Source of the DNA: Planctomycetota bacterium
GTDB lineage: Bacteria; Planctomycetota; GCA-002687715; CAIWVZ01
Direction of reading: 5' to 3'
Length of the DNA stretch: 64,000 nucleotides
Assembly (NCBI GenBank): GCA_044222185.1
Contig: JBGANV010000002.1
Location: forward strand, 96,001 to 160,000
Position numbers and translations under genes: made by a program. Positions 28,863 to 39,847 of the stretch are shown piece by piece. A model generated the notes under the pieces. The model was given only the letters and a program-made list of their open reading frames with translations. It was not told the DNA's origin and ran no database searches. How positions within the stretch are numbered: position 1 is the stretch's first letter; every line of letters begins with the position of its first letter.

Positions 28863-31800
28863 ATGAAGACGCCTGCGCCGGCCGCACGTACGCCGCGTTG
28901 GCTGCCGATTCGATTCGTCCTGATCGGTGCGCTCGCCGCGGGCGCGTGCGCTGTTCTGGACGCTCTCCTCCTCCACCGCGTCCTGCCAGGAAGCCCGCCG
29001 CGCTGGTCGACCCGGACACTGGCGTACGCCGGGTGCATAGCCATCCCGGCCGGCGTCGTCATCGGGTGCTGCGTAGCGATCGTGAACGCCATCGCATCGC
29101 GGCTCGGACGGGGCGGTACGAAACCCGCGCGGGCAGCGCTCCCGTGGGCGATCGTCGGCGGGGCTCTGCTGATCTGGTGGAACCAGGATCTGTTCGACGG
29201 CCCCTGGATCAAGATGCAGTCCTGGGTGGGCCTCGCGAAGGCCGTTTTCATGGGACTGATGCCGGTTTGCGCCGGAATCGCCGCGTGGCTGCTGATCCGG
29301 ATTGCGAACGGCTCGACGGCGCTTCGGCTCGGAGGGGCCATGGTCCTCGCGGCTGCCGCCCTCGTCGTGGATTACCTGAACGGCACGGCGCTTCTCGCCT
29401 ATGCGCGAATCCACGAGCAGATGTCGCTCGCGGTCGTCGGGCTGCTGATTGCCGCCAGCGACGGCCTCGTGGGGCGAATCGTCGGGAGGTATCCCCGCGT
29501 CGGGCTGATCGTCGCACTCGCGCTCGTGGCGGTGTGTCTGGGACTCGGCACCTACCTCCGCGGCCAGAACACCATCTACCGAGTTCGCGGCGCAATCCGG
29601 TCGGGTCCCTATCCCGCCGTCTCGCGGGTCATGTCGAGAGTCGAGGAGCCGATCTTCGACCGGCTCCGACGGATCAAGGAATTCGACGCAGGGAGTTCGA
29701 TCGACCTCACGAAATGGAAGGCACCCGACGTCACCGGCGAGGTCGCGACCATGCGTCGCGACGGCGGCGCGAAGAACGTGTTGTGGATCGCAATCGACGC
29801 GATCCGCGCCGACCACCTGGGCGCCATGGGCTACAACCGACCGATCACGCCCCGACTCGACGCCTTCATCGCGAAGTCCGTGTTGTTCGAGCGGGCATAC
29901 ACACCCGCACCAGCAAGCATGTTCGCGTACTCGTCCATACTCTCCGGCATGCTGGCCCGCGCGTCGGTGGGCTATTCGGCGGAGAACAACGCGGGCTACC
30001 CCGTCCCCGACGACTTCTCCCTCGCATCACAGCTGAAGTCGCATGGCTTCGTGACAGCCGGCTTCATGGCGTTCCATCAGGCGACGCTGAAGAGCACGCC
30101 GGGCTTCGGCACTTTTGCGGCAGGTTTCGACTTCTGGAACCAGGGTCGATCACCGGACGAGATCGCCGGCGACAAGGTGACCGACATCGGCATCTCGTTG
30201 ATCGACAACCTGCGGAAGACGAAGGCTCCCTACTTCGCGTTCATCCACTACATGGATCCGCACGCGCCTTACCGGATCCATGATCAGTTCGATTACGGCC
30301 GGCGCCCGCAGGACGGCTACGACAGCGAAATCGCCTTCGCGGACCGCGAAGTCGGGCGCCTGCTCGACCACGTGGAGGCGACGGGCGGACTCTCGGACAC
30401 GATCATCGTCCTCTTCGGAGATCACGGCGAGTCGTTCGGAGAACACAACGCCCGCGAGCACGGCGGCAGCCTCCACGACCACGAAGCCCGCATCCCGCTG
30501 ATCGTCGCCTGCCCAGGAATACAACCACGGCGTGTGAAAGAAGCCGTTTCGCTCGGTGACCTCATGCCGACGATGCTCCAGCTCCTCGGATTGAAGGACA
30601 AATACGAGCGGCTCGGGCGCGACCTCACTCCGTTGATGCTTGGCCGCACGGATGGATGGTTCGACTACGCGTATGCGGAGCGACCCTGCCGCATCACGAG
30701 GTGGCCCGGTTCGTTCGAGCGCATGGTCGTGCGCAACGATCTGAAGATGATCTGGGACCCCGTCGGTGGCACGTACCGCGTGTACGACCTCGCGCGCGAT
30801 CCGGCCGAGACCGCGGACGTATTCGATGCCGGAAACGCCAAGCATCAGGAGCTCCGCGCCCTGCTCGCAGAGATGGACAAACGGATCGACGGGTATTGGA
30901 AGACGTCGACTGCGAGCCGCCCCGCGCCCCAGGCCTCGGTGACGGATTCACTCCAAAGCCAACTGGACGCTCTCGCGGCAGCCACCGACGATTCCAAGCG
31001 TGTCGCGGTTCTCGCACAGATGTCGTCGCTGCTCCACGGCGACGACGGGTGCTTCCGCGGTGAGCGCACCTTCGCCATCGGCGAGGCGAAGATGAAGGAG
31101 TTCGAGCAACGCCTCGTCGAGCTCGCTCAGCGCGTCGACATCACGGGCCCCGTGGCGAGACCGCTCGTGACACTGCTGGCACTATTCAAGGACCCGGAGC
31201 TCGCGCCCCTGTTCAAGCGATTCGGCACCTCGTCGGCCGGAGACGTCCGCCTCATCTCCGGGTTGGGCCTCGCCGATCTGGGCGACGACGGGTTGCGCAA
31301 CATCCTCGATTTCGAGCAGGACAACGCGGACTTCCGCCTGCGACTCCGGATCCGCGCGGCGCTCGCGAAGCTGGGCGACGAGGACGCGCGCGCCTGGCTG
31401 CGCCCTCACCTCTCGGCGGACACGTCGCCGATCCTCGCCGTCACCCTGCGCGGGCTCGCGGGCACGAAGGATCCGGAGATCTGCGAGCGCTACCTCGCCC
31501 GCATGCAGCACCATTGGCGTGAGGCCGTCGTCGACCGGGCCATGGTCGACGTGTGTGCAGCCGGGACCACGCCCTGGCACGATCTCGCTCTCTATACGGT
31601 GGCGGGAAGCGCGGACGACACCGCGCGGGTCGGCGCCGAACGACTTCTGGCCAGGCGAGGAATCACCACGCTGCCGGACCGCGACCGCAACCGCGCCGAG
31701 ATCTTCTCGACGGTGGCCCAGTCGTCACTGGGATGGGACTGGCCTCTCGCCCTCAAATACCTCTCGGACTGGAAGCTCTACGACGAGGCCGCGCGCCTGC

Positions 31801-32342
31801 CGGAAGCCCTCTGGCGCGTCCGGCTCGCCTGGGAGACGCACGACGCGCCGACCCTCAACGGCGCCATCGCCGATGCTCGAAGCCTGGGCAAGCACCTGTC
31901 GCCGATGGGTGATTCCATGCTCTCGAAGCTCCAGGCCTCCTTCGCGAAGACAGCCTTCACGGAGAACCGGCTCGCGATCAGCGCGGAGATCCTCGATGCG
32001 CCGTTCACGCCTCATATGACGAAGGACTCGCTCGTCATGACGAAGGTCCGCGTCCGAAACACCACCAAGGCCTACCTGTTCGGAGGCTCGTTCACATCCA
32101 ACGTCCGCGTGACGTGGTTCTTCGCGGACGGGACCGGTCAGATCAAGACCCCGGGACTCGTGTGCGAGGTGTTCCTGCCCCGCGAAGGACTGGCGCCCGA
32201 CGAAACGGCCGAGCTCGTCGTGCCGGCGCGCATCCCACGAATGCCCGGCGTGATGACACCCACTCTCGTGGCCGGCGTCGTCGCACAGTACGTCGAGTCC
32301 GCGCACGTCCTGCTGAAGGCGGCGCCGATCACCGTCGATTGA
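28863..32342 (+). CDS. Membrane-anchored sulfatase-like hydrolase/transferase with HEAT-like region and C-terminal Ig-like domain
   Basis: About 7 N-terminal TM segments; IAIDAIRADHLG, IHYMDPHAPY, YDSEIAFAD, FGDHGESFGEH. Start placed at MKTPAP because the upstream part of the ORF runs through REP repeats. Confidence 0.8.
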   Translation: MKTPAPAARTPRWLPIRFVLIGALAAGACAVLDALLLHRVLPGSPPRWSTRTLAYAGCIAIPAGVVIGCCVAIVNAIASRLGRGGTKPARAALPWAIVGGALLIWWNQDLFDGPWIKMQSWVGLAKAVFMGLMPVCAGIAAWLLIRIANGSTALRLGGAMVLAAAALVVDYLNGTALLAYARIHEQMSLAVVGLLIAASDGLVGRIVGRYPRVGLIVALALVAVCLGLGTYLRGQNTIYRVRGAIRSGPYPAVSRVMSRVEEPIFDRLRRIKEFDAGSSIDLTKWKAPDVTGEVATMRRDGGAKNVLWIAIDAIRADHLGAMGYNRPITPRLDAFIAKSVLFERAYTPAPASMFAYSSILSGMLARASVGYSAENNAGYPVPDDFSLASQLKSHGFVTAGFMAFHQATLKSTPGFGTFAAGFDFWNQGRSPDEIAGDKVTDIGISLIDNLRKTKAPYFAFIHYMDPHAPYRIHDQFDYGRRPQDGYDSEIAFADREVGRLLDHVEATGGLSDTIIVLFGDHGESFGEHNAREHGGSLHDHEARIPLIVACPGIQPRRVKEAVSLGDLMPTMLQLLGLKDKYERLGRDLTPLMLGRTDGWFDYAYAERPCRITRWPGSFERMVVRNDLKMIWDPVGGTYRVYDLARDPAETADVFDAGNAKHQELRALLAEMDKRIDGYWKTSTASRPAPQASVTDSLQSQLDALAAATDDSKRVAVLAQMSSLLHGDDGCFRGERTFAIGEAKMKEFEQRLVELAQRVDITGPVARPLVTLLALFKDPELAPLFKRFGTSSAGDVRLISGLGLADLGDDGLRNILDFEQDNADFRLRLRIRAALAKLGDEDARAWLRPHLSADTSPILAVTLRGLAGTKDPEICERYLARMQHHWREAVVDRAMVDVCAAGTTPWHDLALYTVAGSADDTARVGAERLLARRGITTLPDRDRNRAEIFSTVAQSSLGWDWPLALKYLSDWKLYDEAARLPEALWRVRLAWETHDAPTLNGAIADARSLGKHLSPMGDSMLSKLQASFAKTAFTENRLAISAEILDAPFTPHMTKDSLVMTKVRVRNTTKAYLFGGSFTSNVRVTWFFADGTGQIKTPGLVCEVFLPREGLAPDETAELVVPARIPRMPGVMTPTLVAGVVAQYVESAHVLLKAAPITVD

Positions 32343-32586
32343 GCTGAGCGTGCCAGGCTCGCACCTGGCATCTCCGCGTCGAAAGGTCCGGCGTCGAGTA
32401 CGAAACTTGCGGGATGCCTTTCAATTTCCCGCGCCCGACGTTCGATCATTCCCTCCGTCGCGCGGAGGAACTCGCGGCCGTTGCTGGTGGGAATGCGGGG
32501 GCATATGATCTCGCCTTCCCTCCCCCGCCCAGTCGTCCCCCCTCGACTGATTCCGACACCTCCGTCGCGCTCGAACGCCGGTTTCG

Positions 32587-33984
32587 ATGGTCTTCTCCAG
32601 CCAGATCTTCATCTTCTTCTTCCTGCCGGCGGCGCTGATTCTCTATTACCTCACGCCCCGCAAGCTGAAGTCCGCATCGCTCGTCTGCATCGGGTTCGTG
32701 TTCTACGGCTGGTGGCGACCCGACTTCGTCCTCCTGATGATGGTCACGGCGATCATCGACTACGTCGCAGCGATTCGCATCACGAAGGCGAGGGAGGCCG
32801 AGCAAACGGGCAAAGGCTGGCTCCTGCTCTCCGTCATCTCGAACCTGGGTCTGCTCGGCTACTTCAAGTACGCCAACTTCGGCGTCGAAACGTTCAACGC
32901 GCTCGTGACGCAGATGGGTGGCTCACCCGTCGCCTGGGCGGAAGTGCTGCTGCCCGTCGGGATCTCCTTCTACACGTTCAAGACGATGAGCTACACCATC
33001 GACGTGTACTGGGGGCGAGTGCGCAAGGCGCGGAACTTCATCGACTACCTGTGCTTCGTCACGATGTTCCCCGAGCTCGTGGCCGGCCCGATCATCCGCT
33101 ACATCTCGGTCGAAGATCAGCTCGTCAATCGCAAGCACTCGATCGCGAAGTTCATCCAGGGAATCGTGGCGTTCCAGTGCGGCCTGGCGAAGAAGCTGCT
33201 GATTGCCGACGTCCTGGCCTCCCTCGCCGACTCGGCGTTCGCGTCGGGATCGCTCAAGCCCTTGGAAGCGTGGATCGGCATCGTCGCCTACGCATTCCAG
33301 ATCTACTTCGATTTCTCCGGCTATTCCGACATGGCGATCGGGCTGGGGCTCATGATCGGATTCCGCTTCCCGATCAACTTCGATCAGCCCTACCGGTCGG
33401 CCAGCATCACGGAGTTCTGGCGGCGATGGCACATCTCGCTGTCCACGTGGCTGCGTGACTACCTCTACATTCCGCTCGGCGGAAACCGCAAGAGCAGCGC
33501 ACGCACCTACGTGAACCTCATGCTCACCATGCTCCTCGGCGGGCTGTGGCACGGCGCCAACTGGACGTTCATCGCGTGGGGCGCCTATCAGGGCCTTTGG
33601 CTCGTCCTCGAACGGCTCAACGGCGGCCGTGCGCTGTGGTGGTGGGCACCCAAGCCCCTGCGCGTTGCGATCACGTTCGTCGCCGTTCTCGTGGGCTGGG
33701 TGCTCTTCCGCGCCTCGACCATGGAGCTCGCCCTCAAGTACATCCGCATGATGTTCGACGTCCGCCACTACTTCGACGCGCCGTTCGCGTGGCTCGACGT
33801 CCGACCGCTACACGTCGTGATGCTCCTCGTCGCTGGCGTCGTCACCTGGATGTTCACGACCACGCAGAACATCGTGGCCGCGATGAAGCCGGTGCAGGTC
33901 CTCGCGGCCCAGCCACTCTTCGCTCTCGCCGTGTTCCAACTGCTCTACCAGCAAAATGTCCCATTCCTCTACTTCCAGTTCTGA
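32587..33984 (+). CDS. algI: MBOAT O-acyltransferase, AlgI/PatA type
   Basis: LPVGISFYTF, FPELVAGPIIRY, QIYFDFSGYSDMAIG, FWRRWHISLSTWLRDYLYIPLGG, GLWHGANWTF. Confidence 0.9.
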   Translation: MVFSSQIFIFFFLPAALILYYLTPRKLKSASLVCIGFVFYGWWRPDFVLLMMVTAIIDYVAAIRITKAREAEQTGKGWLLLSVISNLGLLGYFKYANFGVETFNALVTQMGGSPVAWAEVLLPVGISFYTFKTMSYTIDVYWGRVRKARNFIDYLCFVTMFPELVAGPIIRYISVEDQLVNRKHSIAKFIQGIVAFQCGLAKKLLIADVLASLADSAFASGSLKPLEAWIGIVAYAFQIYFDFSGYSDMAIGLGLMIGFRFPINFDQPYRSASITEFWRRWHISLSTWLRDYLYIPLGGNRKSSARTYVNLMLTMLLGGLWHGANWTFIAWGAYQGLWLVLERLNGGRALWWWAPKPLRVAITFVAVLVGWVLFRASTMELALKYIRMMFDVRHYFDAPFAWLDVRPLHVVMLLVAGVVTWMFTTTQNIVAAMKPVQVLAAQPLFALAVFQLLYQQNVPFLYFQF

Positions 33985-35926
33985 CGACCGCCCGGTCGGA
34001 TACGACGCACGGGATCTCGTCCCGATCTGCGACTCCGTATTCGGATCGCCGCTCCGCAAGGTCGCCGCCTGGTTCGCGGCCGGCGTCTTCGCGCTCGTCG
34101 TCGGAGGCGGGTGCCTGGTCGATTCGATCTGGCCCCAACCGCTCCCGAAGCTGGTGGGGTTCGAGAAGGACCGCGAAGACAAGATGCGGAGGGACGCGAA
34201 CTTCCCCGACGGCAGCCTCGCGCGCCTCATCGAGCACGACGTGCGTACGCGATCCACGGTGCGGTCGACTCTCCTGCCCTATTACGCCGGAGCCCTCTGC
34301 CAGTGGTTCGCGGAAGCCGACCCCACCTCGGTCCTCATCGGTCGGAACGGGTGGATGTTCATGTTCTCGCGCCTCTATGCGGCGCCGGCGGCACCGGAGC
34401 GACTGACGGACCGTTACGCGGGCATGCTCTCGGCCGCCAACCGTCGCTTTCAGCGGTTCGGGACCGAGTTGCTCGTGCTGCCACTCCCTCGCAAGGAGGA
34501 GATCTACACGGATCAGATGCGTCGCCCCACGCCGCGCATCGGGCTGAAGCTCTATCCGCGGCTGCTTCAGGCCCTCCGCGAACGCGGCGTGCCTGTCGCG
34601 GATCCCGAACCGGTCTGGCGCAAGAACAAGGACGCTGGCGTCTATTGCAAGACGGATTCGCACTGGAGCCCCTACGGAGCATTGCTCGCGGCAGAGCTCA
34701 CGGCGCAACAGGCCGGCATCCTGAAACCCGAGGCAGAACGAAAGACCGTGCGCAAGGAACTCCGCGACGGCTTCCAGCCCTTCGGGGATCTGCTGCGGCT
34801 AGGTGGCATCCTGCGGAGCGACGGCTCGGGCGTCACGTCGATGCGCGAATCGCTGACGTATTTCGGGTACACCACGGCCGCGACCGGCGCCGACTTCAGG
34901 TTCCGCGGTTCGCCCAAGACGACCGACTGCGCGCTCGTGGGAACGAGCTTCACCGCCGACCTCGACCGATTCCCGACCGCGATCACGCACTTCACCGACC
35001 GCGAATGGTGGATCGGCTCGGCGCGCGCCACGGGCCCCATGCAACCCATGCGAAAAGCCATCGGCGAGTTCCTGAAAACGGGGTTCCCCAAGCTTCTCGT
35101 CTGGGAGATTCCGACCCACTACTTCTTCTGCCTGCAGTCCACGTTCGATGGGCTCGGTGACGCGCTCGCGGCCCTCCCGCCCACCGGCCTTCGCGCCGTC
35201 GACGAGAGCGAGGGTTCGCCCGCGGAACCGCTGCTGTCCAACGCGGCCGAGGTCAAGCCGGGCGTACTGCAGGTCGGTGGCCAGGCGAAGGCTGGCTACA
35301 CGACTCCCGGACGCTTCGTCGAGTCGGCAGACGGCACGTTCTCCATCCGGCTCGTGGGGACCGTCGAGAAGGCCTCGGTGATCTTCAACGTCGAGACGCC
35401 AACCGACCGGGTGACGACGACGCTGGCCCCCGGCCGGGTCGACGTTTCCCTTCCGATCACCGGATACGCGCCCATGTCCCGCGTCGGGTTCACCCTCCGC
35501 GCGCCTTCGGGCACGGCGACGGTCACGCTCGACTCGGTCACGATCGTGAGTGGGCTGGAGAAGCGAGGCGCTTCCGTGAAGGACGGCATCCCGCCACCAA
35601 CCCCAGCCGGCGCCGGCTGGGTGCAGGCGTTGGCGTTCACGGCGGACGCGCCCGCGGACCCGAAGAACGGGTGCATGCTGCGGGTCGAGATCGCCGCCAT
35701 GCCGCCCACCGCCTACCCGATCGCCGTGGCGCGCGTCGATGCGAGCGGCAACCCAGCCGGAACGCTGATGGAGATCCCGGAAGGGAAGTCGCGGCACACG
35801 GTGTTCGTCCCGATCCCCGCCGGGCAAGCGGCGGGCACATGGACGGTGGGCGTAGGCAGCCGGACGGGCACCGCTCCCAAGGTCGCCATGACTTCGGTCG
35901 CGCGTTACGACGTCTCGGCGCCCTGA
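33956..35926 (+). CDS. AlgJ/AlgX-like SGNH O-acetyltransferase with C-terminal beta-rich extension
   Basis: N-terminal TM; VLIGRNGWMF, YCKTDSHWSPYGA (DxH), LVGTSF (catalytic Ser), LVWE; follows AlgI. Start uncertain. Confidence 0.8.
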   Translation: MSHSSTSSSDDRPVGYDARDLVPICDSVFGSPLRKVAAWFAAGVFALVVGGGCLVDSIWPQPLPKLVGFEKDREDKMRRDANFPDGSLARLIEHDVRTRSTVRSTLLPYYAGALCQWFAEADPTSVLIGRNGWMFMFSRLYAAPAAPERLTDRYAGMLSAANRRFQRFGTELLVLPLPRKEEIYTDQMRRPTPRIGLKLYPRLLQALRERGVPVADPEPVWRKNKDAGVYCKTDSHWSPYGALLAAELTAQQAGILKPEAERKTVRKELRDGFQPFGDLLRLGGILRSDGSGVTSMRESLTYFGYTTAATGADFRFRGSPKTTDCALVGTSFTADLDRFPTAITHFTDREWWIGSARATGPMQPMRKAIGEFLKTGFPKLLVWEIPTHYFFCLQSTFDGLGDALAALPPTGLRAVDESEGSPAEPLLSNAAEVKPGVLQVGGQAKAGYTTPGRFVESADGTFSIRLVGTVEKASVIFNVETPTDRVTTTLAPGRVDVSLPITGYAPMSRVGFTLRAPSGTATVTLDSVTIVSGLEKRGASVKDGIPPPTPAGAGWVQALAFTADAPADPKNGCMLRVEIAAMPPTAYPIAVARVDASGNPAGTLMEIPEGKSRHTVFVPIPAGQAAGTWTVGVGSRTGTAPKVAMTSVARYDVSAP

Positions 35927-35938
35927 TCGGGCACGCCT

Positions 35939-38086
35939 TCAGCGCGGCAGATCGACGGTGAACCGCCCGAACTTCGGGAGGTTCGTGTCGGTGATCAGCA
36001 CGTGGTCTTCGGGCGCGCGACCCGGGCCCGCACGTCGCATGCCGACCCGCACGGGCTGCATCGGATCGATGCCCACGTTGAAGTAGATGCAGCGGACCGC
36101 CACGTTCGCGCTCGTCCCACCCGCGGGAAGCGGAACCATGGGAAGACTCAGGCTCTGCTTCAGGTCCTTGCCGGAATAGAGCTGGCAGAAGAGCTCGAAC
36201 CCGTCCGGGCTCTTGGCCGTCGGATCCCAGAACGTCGCCACGCAGCCCGTCTTGTCGCTCGCCGCACCGACCTCGACGCCGACGAGATGCCACCCGTTTC
36301 CGAACTTCACGTCGACGCGCTTCACGCGGGGGTCGTCGAGCGCGGACGCCGGCATGACGGGGGCGCGCTCCCCCGGATGAATGAACTGCAACAGCGTCAG
36401 TTCGCATTCCGTCGACATCTTGACCTTGTCGATCGTGAGGACCTGGACACCGAGGGAACGGCAACGGTCGAAGTACTGCGGGAACTGCAGAAACACGTCG
36501 TCCGGCCACCGGCGTAGACCAGGCATGTCGACGATCATGAAGTCGAACTTCGCAGCTTCGGCGAGGAACTCGGCATCGGTGAGCTTCTTGCCGACCGGCA
36601 CGGCCTCGGCGGCGTACGAGACACCGCGCCGTAGGGCGACGTAGCGCATGTTCCCCGTGTTCATGTAGTCGTGGTTGGCGGGCGGCGGACCCTGGCCCAG
36701 CCGAATCTGCTGTCTCGGCAGGTGCACGAGCATGACGTCGAGGAATCGCTCGAGGGGCCACGTCTCGCCTTCCGGCGCGGCATTGACCCCGAGCTGTCGC
36801 GCGAGGACGCCGCCATAGCAGTCGTAGGAGGAGATCACCTCGATCTGACCGATCGTCGGACCCTCCACGTCCTTGTAGAGCGGGCGGTAAACGAGCGCGA
36901 TCGTGCCGATGCACGTCAGGCCGAAGAGGACTGCGAGCGTCGCCCGCAGCCGACCGGGAGCCATGTCCTTGATCACGCAAGCCGTCAACAACAGCGCGAT
37001 CGGCGGCGTGGTGATCATGTACTCACTGTTCCCCGATGCCTGCCCCTTCAGGATGATCAGGAACGCCGCGATGAGACTCCCCGCGAGTGTCCAGCCGGCG
37101 GCGATGTTCAGTCCGGGGACCTTGGGCGTGCGCGTGACGAGTCGCCGCAGGCCTCCAATGGCGCCGGCAATCAACGCCCCGACGATCCACGACGCCAGGA
37201 AGAACCCCGTCCCCTTGTTGACGACGGCGCGCGGGTAATAGATCCACCGCTCCAGGCTCCAGAATGGAACGCCGCCCGAGTACTTCACCTGCCCCGCATC
37301 GCCCGTGACCTCGGTCACGTACTCGTAAGTGACCCGCCAGTGGCGGCCATACCAGATGGCACACACGGCGAGGAGCGCGATGCACGCCGCGACTGCATTG
37401 ATGATCACGGTCTTGCGGGGCCGCGCGCGCAGAAGGCCGACGGCGAGGGCCACGGCCCCGCCGCCCACGAGGTAGAGCGGAGCGAGCATGAACGTGAGCG
37501 TCGCCAAGGCCGACAACACGCCGAAGCCGATGGAGTGACCAAGCCGCGTGAACGCGCGGCTGCGAAGCAGCGAGTCGAGCGCCCAGAGTATGAGCACCGT
37601 CATGGGGAACTTGGCCTGATAGGCCCGCGTCTCCACGAGAAGCACGGGCGCCGACATGATGGCGGCCGACGCGAGAAGGCTGAACCACCGGCCGCCGAAG
37701 TTCCGCGCCAGGCGATAGCCCACGAAGGGCAAGAGCGCGAGGAAGATCATCTCGGCGAGCCATTGGGTCTTCACCGAGACCTCGCCGTAGGGCACCGACA
37801 TGGCGGCAACGAGCATGGTTCCGATGGGTGGATGCGGGCGATCGTGGTCGAGGGCCGACTTGAGCCAACCCATCGGGCCGCCGGACTTCCACGCCTCGAG
37901 CATGCGCCACGAATCGATCCGAAACCACGCCGCGTCCTGATACGGAGGTCGCGCCGAGAAGAAGCCATTGCCATGCATCCACCACGTGGACAAACCGACG
38001 TGGGCGACCATGAGCACCAACAAGAGGGTGAGAACGATGAGTCGCCCCGGCTCACGGGCCGGGGCGGGCGTGGGGGATTCAGTCAT
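35939..38086 (-). CDS. GT-C (ArnT/PMT-like) polytopic glycosyltransferase
   Basis: TM1 followed by PPYQDAA and RPHPP loop motifs, multiple TM helices, periplasmic C-terminal domain. Confidence 0.65.
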   Translation of the reverse strand: MTESPTPAPAREPGRLIVLTLLLVLMVAHVGLSTWWMHGNGFFSARPPYQDAAWFRIDSWRMLEAWKSGGPMGWLKSALDHDRPHPPIGTMLVAAMSVPYGEVSVKTQWLAEMIFLALLPFVGYRLARNFGGRWFSLLASAAIMSAPVLLVETRAYQAKFPMTVLILWALDSLLRSRAFTRLGHSIGFGVLSALATLTFMLAPLYLVGGGAVALAVGLLRARPRKTVIINAVAACIALLAVCAIWYGRHWRVTYEYVTEVTGDAGQVKYSGGVPFWSLERWIYYPRAVVNKGTGFFLASWIVGALIAGAIGGLRRLVTRTPKVPGLNIAAGWTLAGSLIAAFLIILKGQASGNSEYMITTPPIALLLTACVIKDMAPGRLRATLAVLFGLTCIGTIALVYRPLYKDVEGPTIGQIEVISSYDCYGGVLARQLGVNAAPEGETWPLERFLDVMLVHLPRQQIRLGQGPPPANHDYMNTGNMRYVALRRGVSYAAEAVPVGKKLTDAEFLAEAAKFDFMIVDMPGLRRWPDDVFLQFPQYFDRCRSLGVQVLTIDKVKMSTECELTLLQFIHPGERAPVMPASALDDPRVKRVDVKFGNGWHLVGVEVGAASDKTGCVATFWDPTAKSPDGFELFCQLYSGKDLKQSLSLPMVPLPAGGTSANVAVRCIYFNVGIDPMQPVRVGMRRAGPGRAPEDHVLITDTNLPKFGRFTVDLPR

Positions 38087-38176
38087 CGAGTGGGGACCTC
38101 GGCAGCGGAAATCGACTACCGATCGTCGAGTGGTGTGGGCGCGCGCCATGCCCTGCCTCGGCGCGCGGGTTTGAGT

Positions 38177-39847
38177 TCACTTCTTCGCGTCGGTGGCCGG
38201 AGCGCTGGCGGGCGCGCTCGCTGGCTTGGGCAACGCTCCCGGCGGAAGTGTGATTTCGACGAGGTCGCCGCTCACACCCCGAGGCGTGATTCCGACACCG
38301 TTCCCGAAGAGGTTCCGGAACTTGTTGACGACCGTGCGTCCCGCATCCGTCATCTCACGGAAGATGCGATCGGATGTTCGGAGCCTCTCCATGGTCCGCG
38401 CGCTCGCTGCATTGTTCGGGTTGAGGTCGAGCGCGTCGATCACGGGGCGGAAACAGAAGTCGATGCGAATGTTTCCGAACGTGACGATGTTGTCCTTCTG
38501 CGTGAACCCGACTTCCGGGTGCGTGATGAGGTGGAAGGCGTTGGCCGAGATGTCATCCCAGTAGTCGACGATCACGAGCCAGCGCTCCTTGCGGTTCGGG
38601 TCGGCCGCGGCGAGCGCCGCCAGGTCCTTTCCGGCTGCATCCTGCGGGATCGGTTGCCGCGGCAGCGGGAACCACTTCTGCATGATCGGAGCGCCGTAGA
38701 ACTGTCGGCCGTCGCCCGTCGAATACGTCATGGGCTTGAACCAGTCGGATTCGCCGCCCGGCAGTGTTCCCGGCATGGCGCCAGCCTGCGAGATGAACAG
38801 GTGCTGGCAAAGGAGGGCGAACAGAAGGATGAGCCCGGGGACCCGCAGAATCATGTGCCGGCGCGCGAGCGCGCGGATGAAGGCCTCGATCCCGAGCGCG
38901 CCGCAGACGGCGATCGGCATGACGAGGAGCATGGCGTAGCGCGGCGTGGTCGCCCATGTGAAATAGAAGAGGAACGGTGCCCCGGTGGCCAGGAGCAGCG
39001 TCTTCCAAAGCACGGGGAGGCGACCCAGTGCCGGCCAACCGGCTGCGGCCGTCAGCAACACCGTCGGGCCGATGCCCCAGTAGAAGTACGTCATCCAGAA
39101 CCCGCGCGACTCGGTGTTGAAGAGGACGTATGTGATCTGATCCGACAGGAGCTTGGCCCCGATGGCCGCGGCGCCCATGCGCGCGATCCACATCGCGAGC
39201 CCGACGCCGAGGATCACGAGCGGCGTCTGCCGCCAGGAACCGCCTTCACGCTTCCACAGGTAGAAGGCGAGCGCGGGGGCTTCGAGGATGGCATCGGAGC
39301 GGAAGAGCATCGCTGCGGAGTGGAGCACCGCAGCCAGGATCGCTCCGCGCCAACCCGGCAGGCGACTCGCCGCCACGAACGCCGCGAGGACCGCTGTCGC
39401 CGATGGCAGCGCGGTGTTGCCGTAGGTCGTCACCCGCCAGAGCAGCGGGCTCAACAACACGCCGAACCCCACGAGCAGGCGGGCGCGCCGCGAGAGGTCG
39501 CGAGGGAACGCCAGAAGCCCCAGCAGCGTGAGCAGCACGCCACAGGTCGGCGAGATCGCGATCATGATGTCGCGGATCCGCGTCAGGTCGCCGCCACCGG
39601 TCAGGTGATAGAGCCCGCGTGCAAGCCCGTAATACCCGATCTGCTCGGGAAAGTTGTACCGGCGTGCCGGCACGTCCCGCTCGAGCGAGATGGCACCGAA
39701 AGCTATCGCGGCCTGGTCGCCGTCCGTCAGGCGACCGAAGTCGGCGTAAGAGAACCGTAGAAACGTTGCAAGCGCGACAACGGCCAATCCCAGGGTCGCA
39801 AAGACCCTCGGGGAGACGTCGTTGTCGAATCCCGGCCTGGCATCCAT
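38177..39847 (-). CDS. Polytopic membrane protein, possibly GT-C fold
   Basis: TM1 followed by an acidic loop (TDGDQ), many hydrophobic segments, PRY motif before a late TM. Confidence 0.5.
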   Translation of the reverse strand: MDARPGFDNDVSPRVFATLGLAVVALATFLRFSYADFGRLTDGDQAAIAFGAISLERDVPARRYNFPEQIGYYGLARGLYHLTGGGDLTRIRDIMIAISPTCGVLLTLLGLLAFPRDLSRRARLLVGFGVLLSPLLWRVTTYGNTALPSATAVLAAFVAASRLPGWRGAILAAVLHSAAMLFRSDAILEAPALAFYLWKREGGSWRQTPLVILGVGLAMWIARMGAAAIGAKLLSDQITYVLFNTESRGFWMTYFYWGIGPTVLLTAAAGWPALGRLPVLWKTLLLATGAPFLFYFTWATTPRYAMLLVMPIAVCGALGIEAFIRALARRHMILRVPGLILLFALLCQHLFISQAGAMPGTLPGGESDWFKPMTYSTGDGRQFYGAPIMQKWFPLPRQPIPQDAAGKDLAALAAADPNRKERWLVIVDYWDDISANAFHLITHPEVGFTQKDNIVTFGNIRIDFCFRPVIDALDLNPNNAASARTMERLRTSDRIFREMTDAGRTVVNKFRNLFGNGVGITPRGVSGDLVEITLPPGALPKPASAPASAPATDAKK

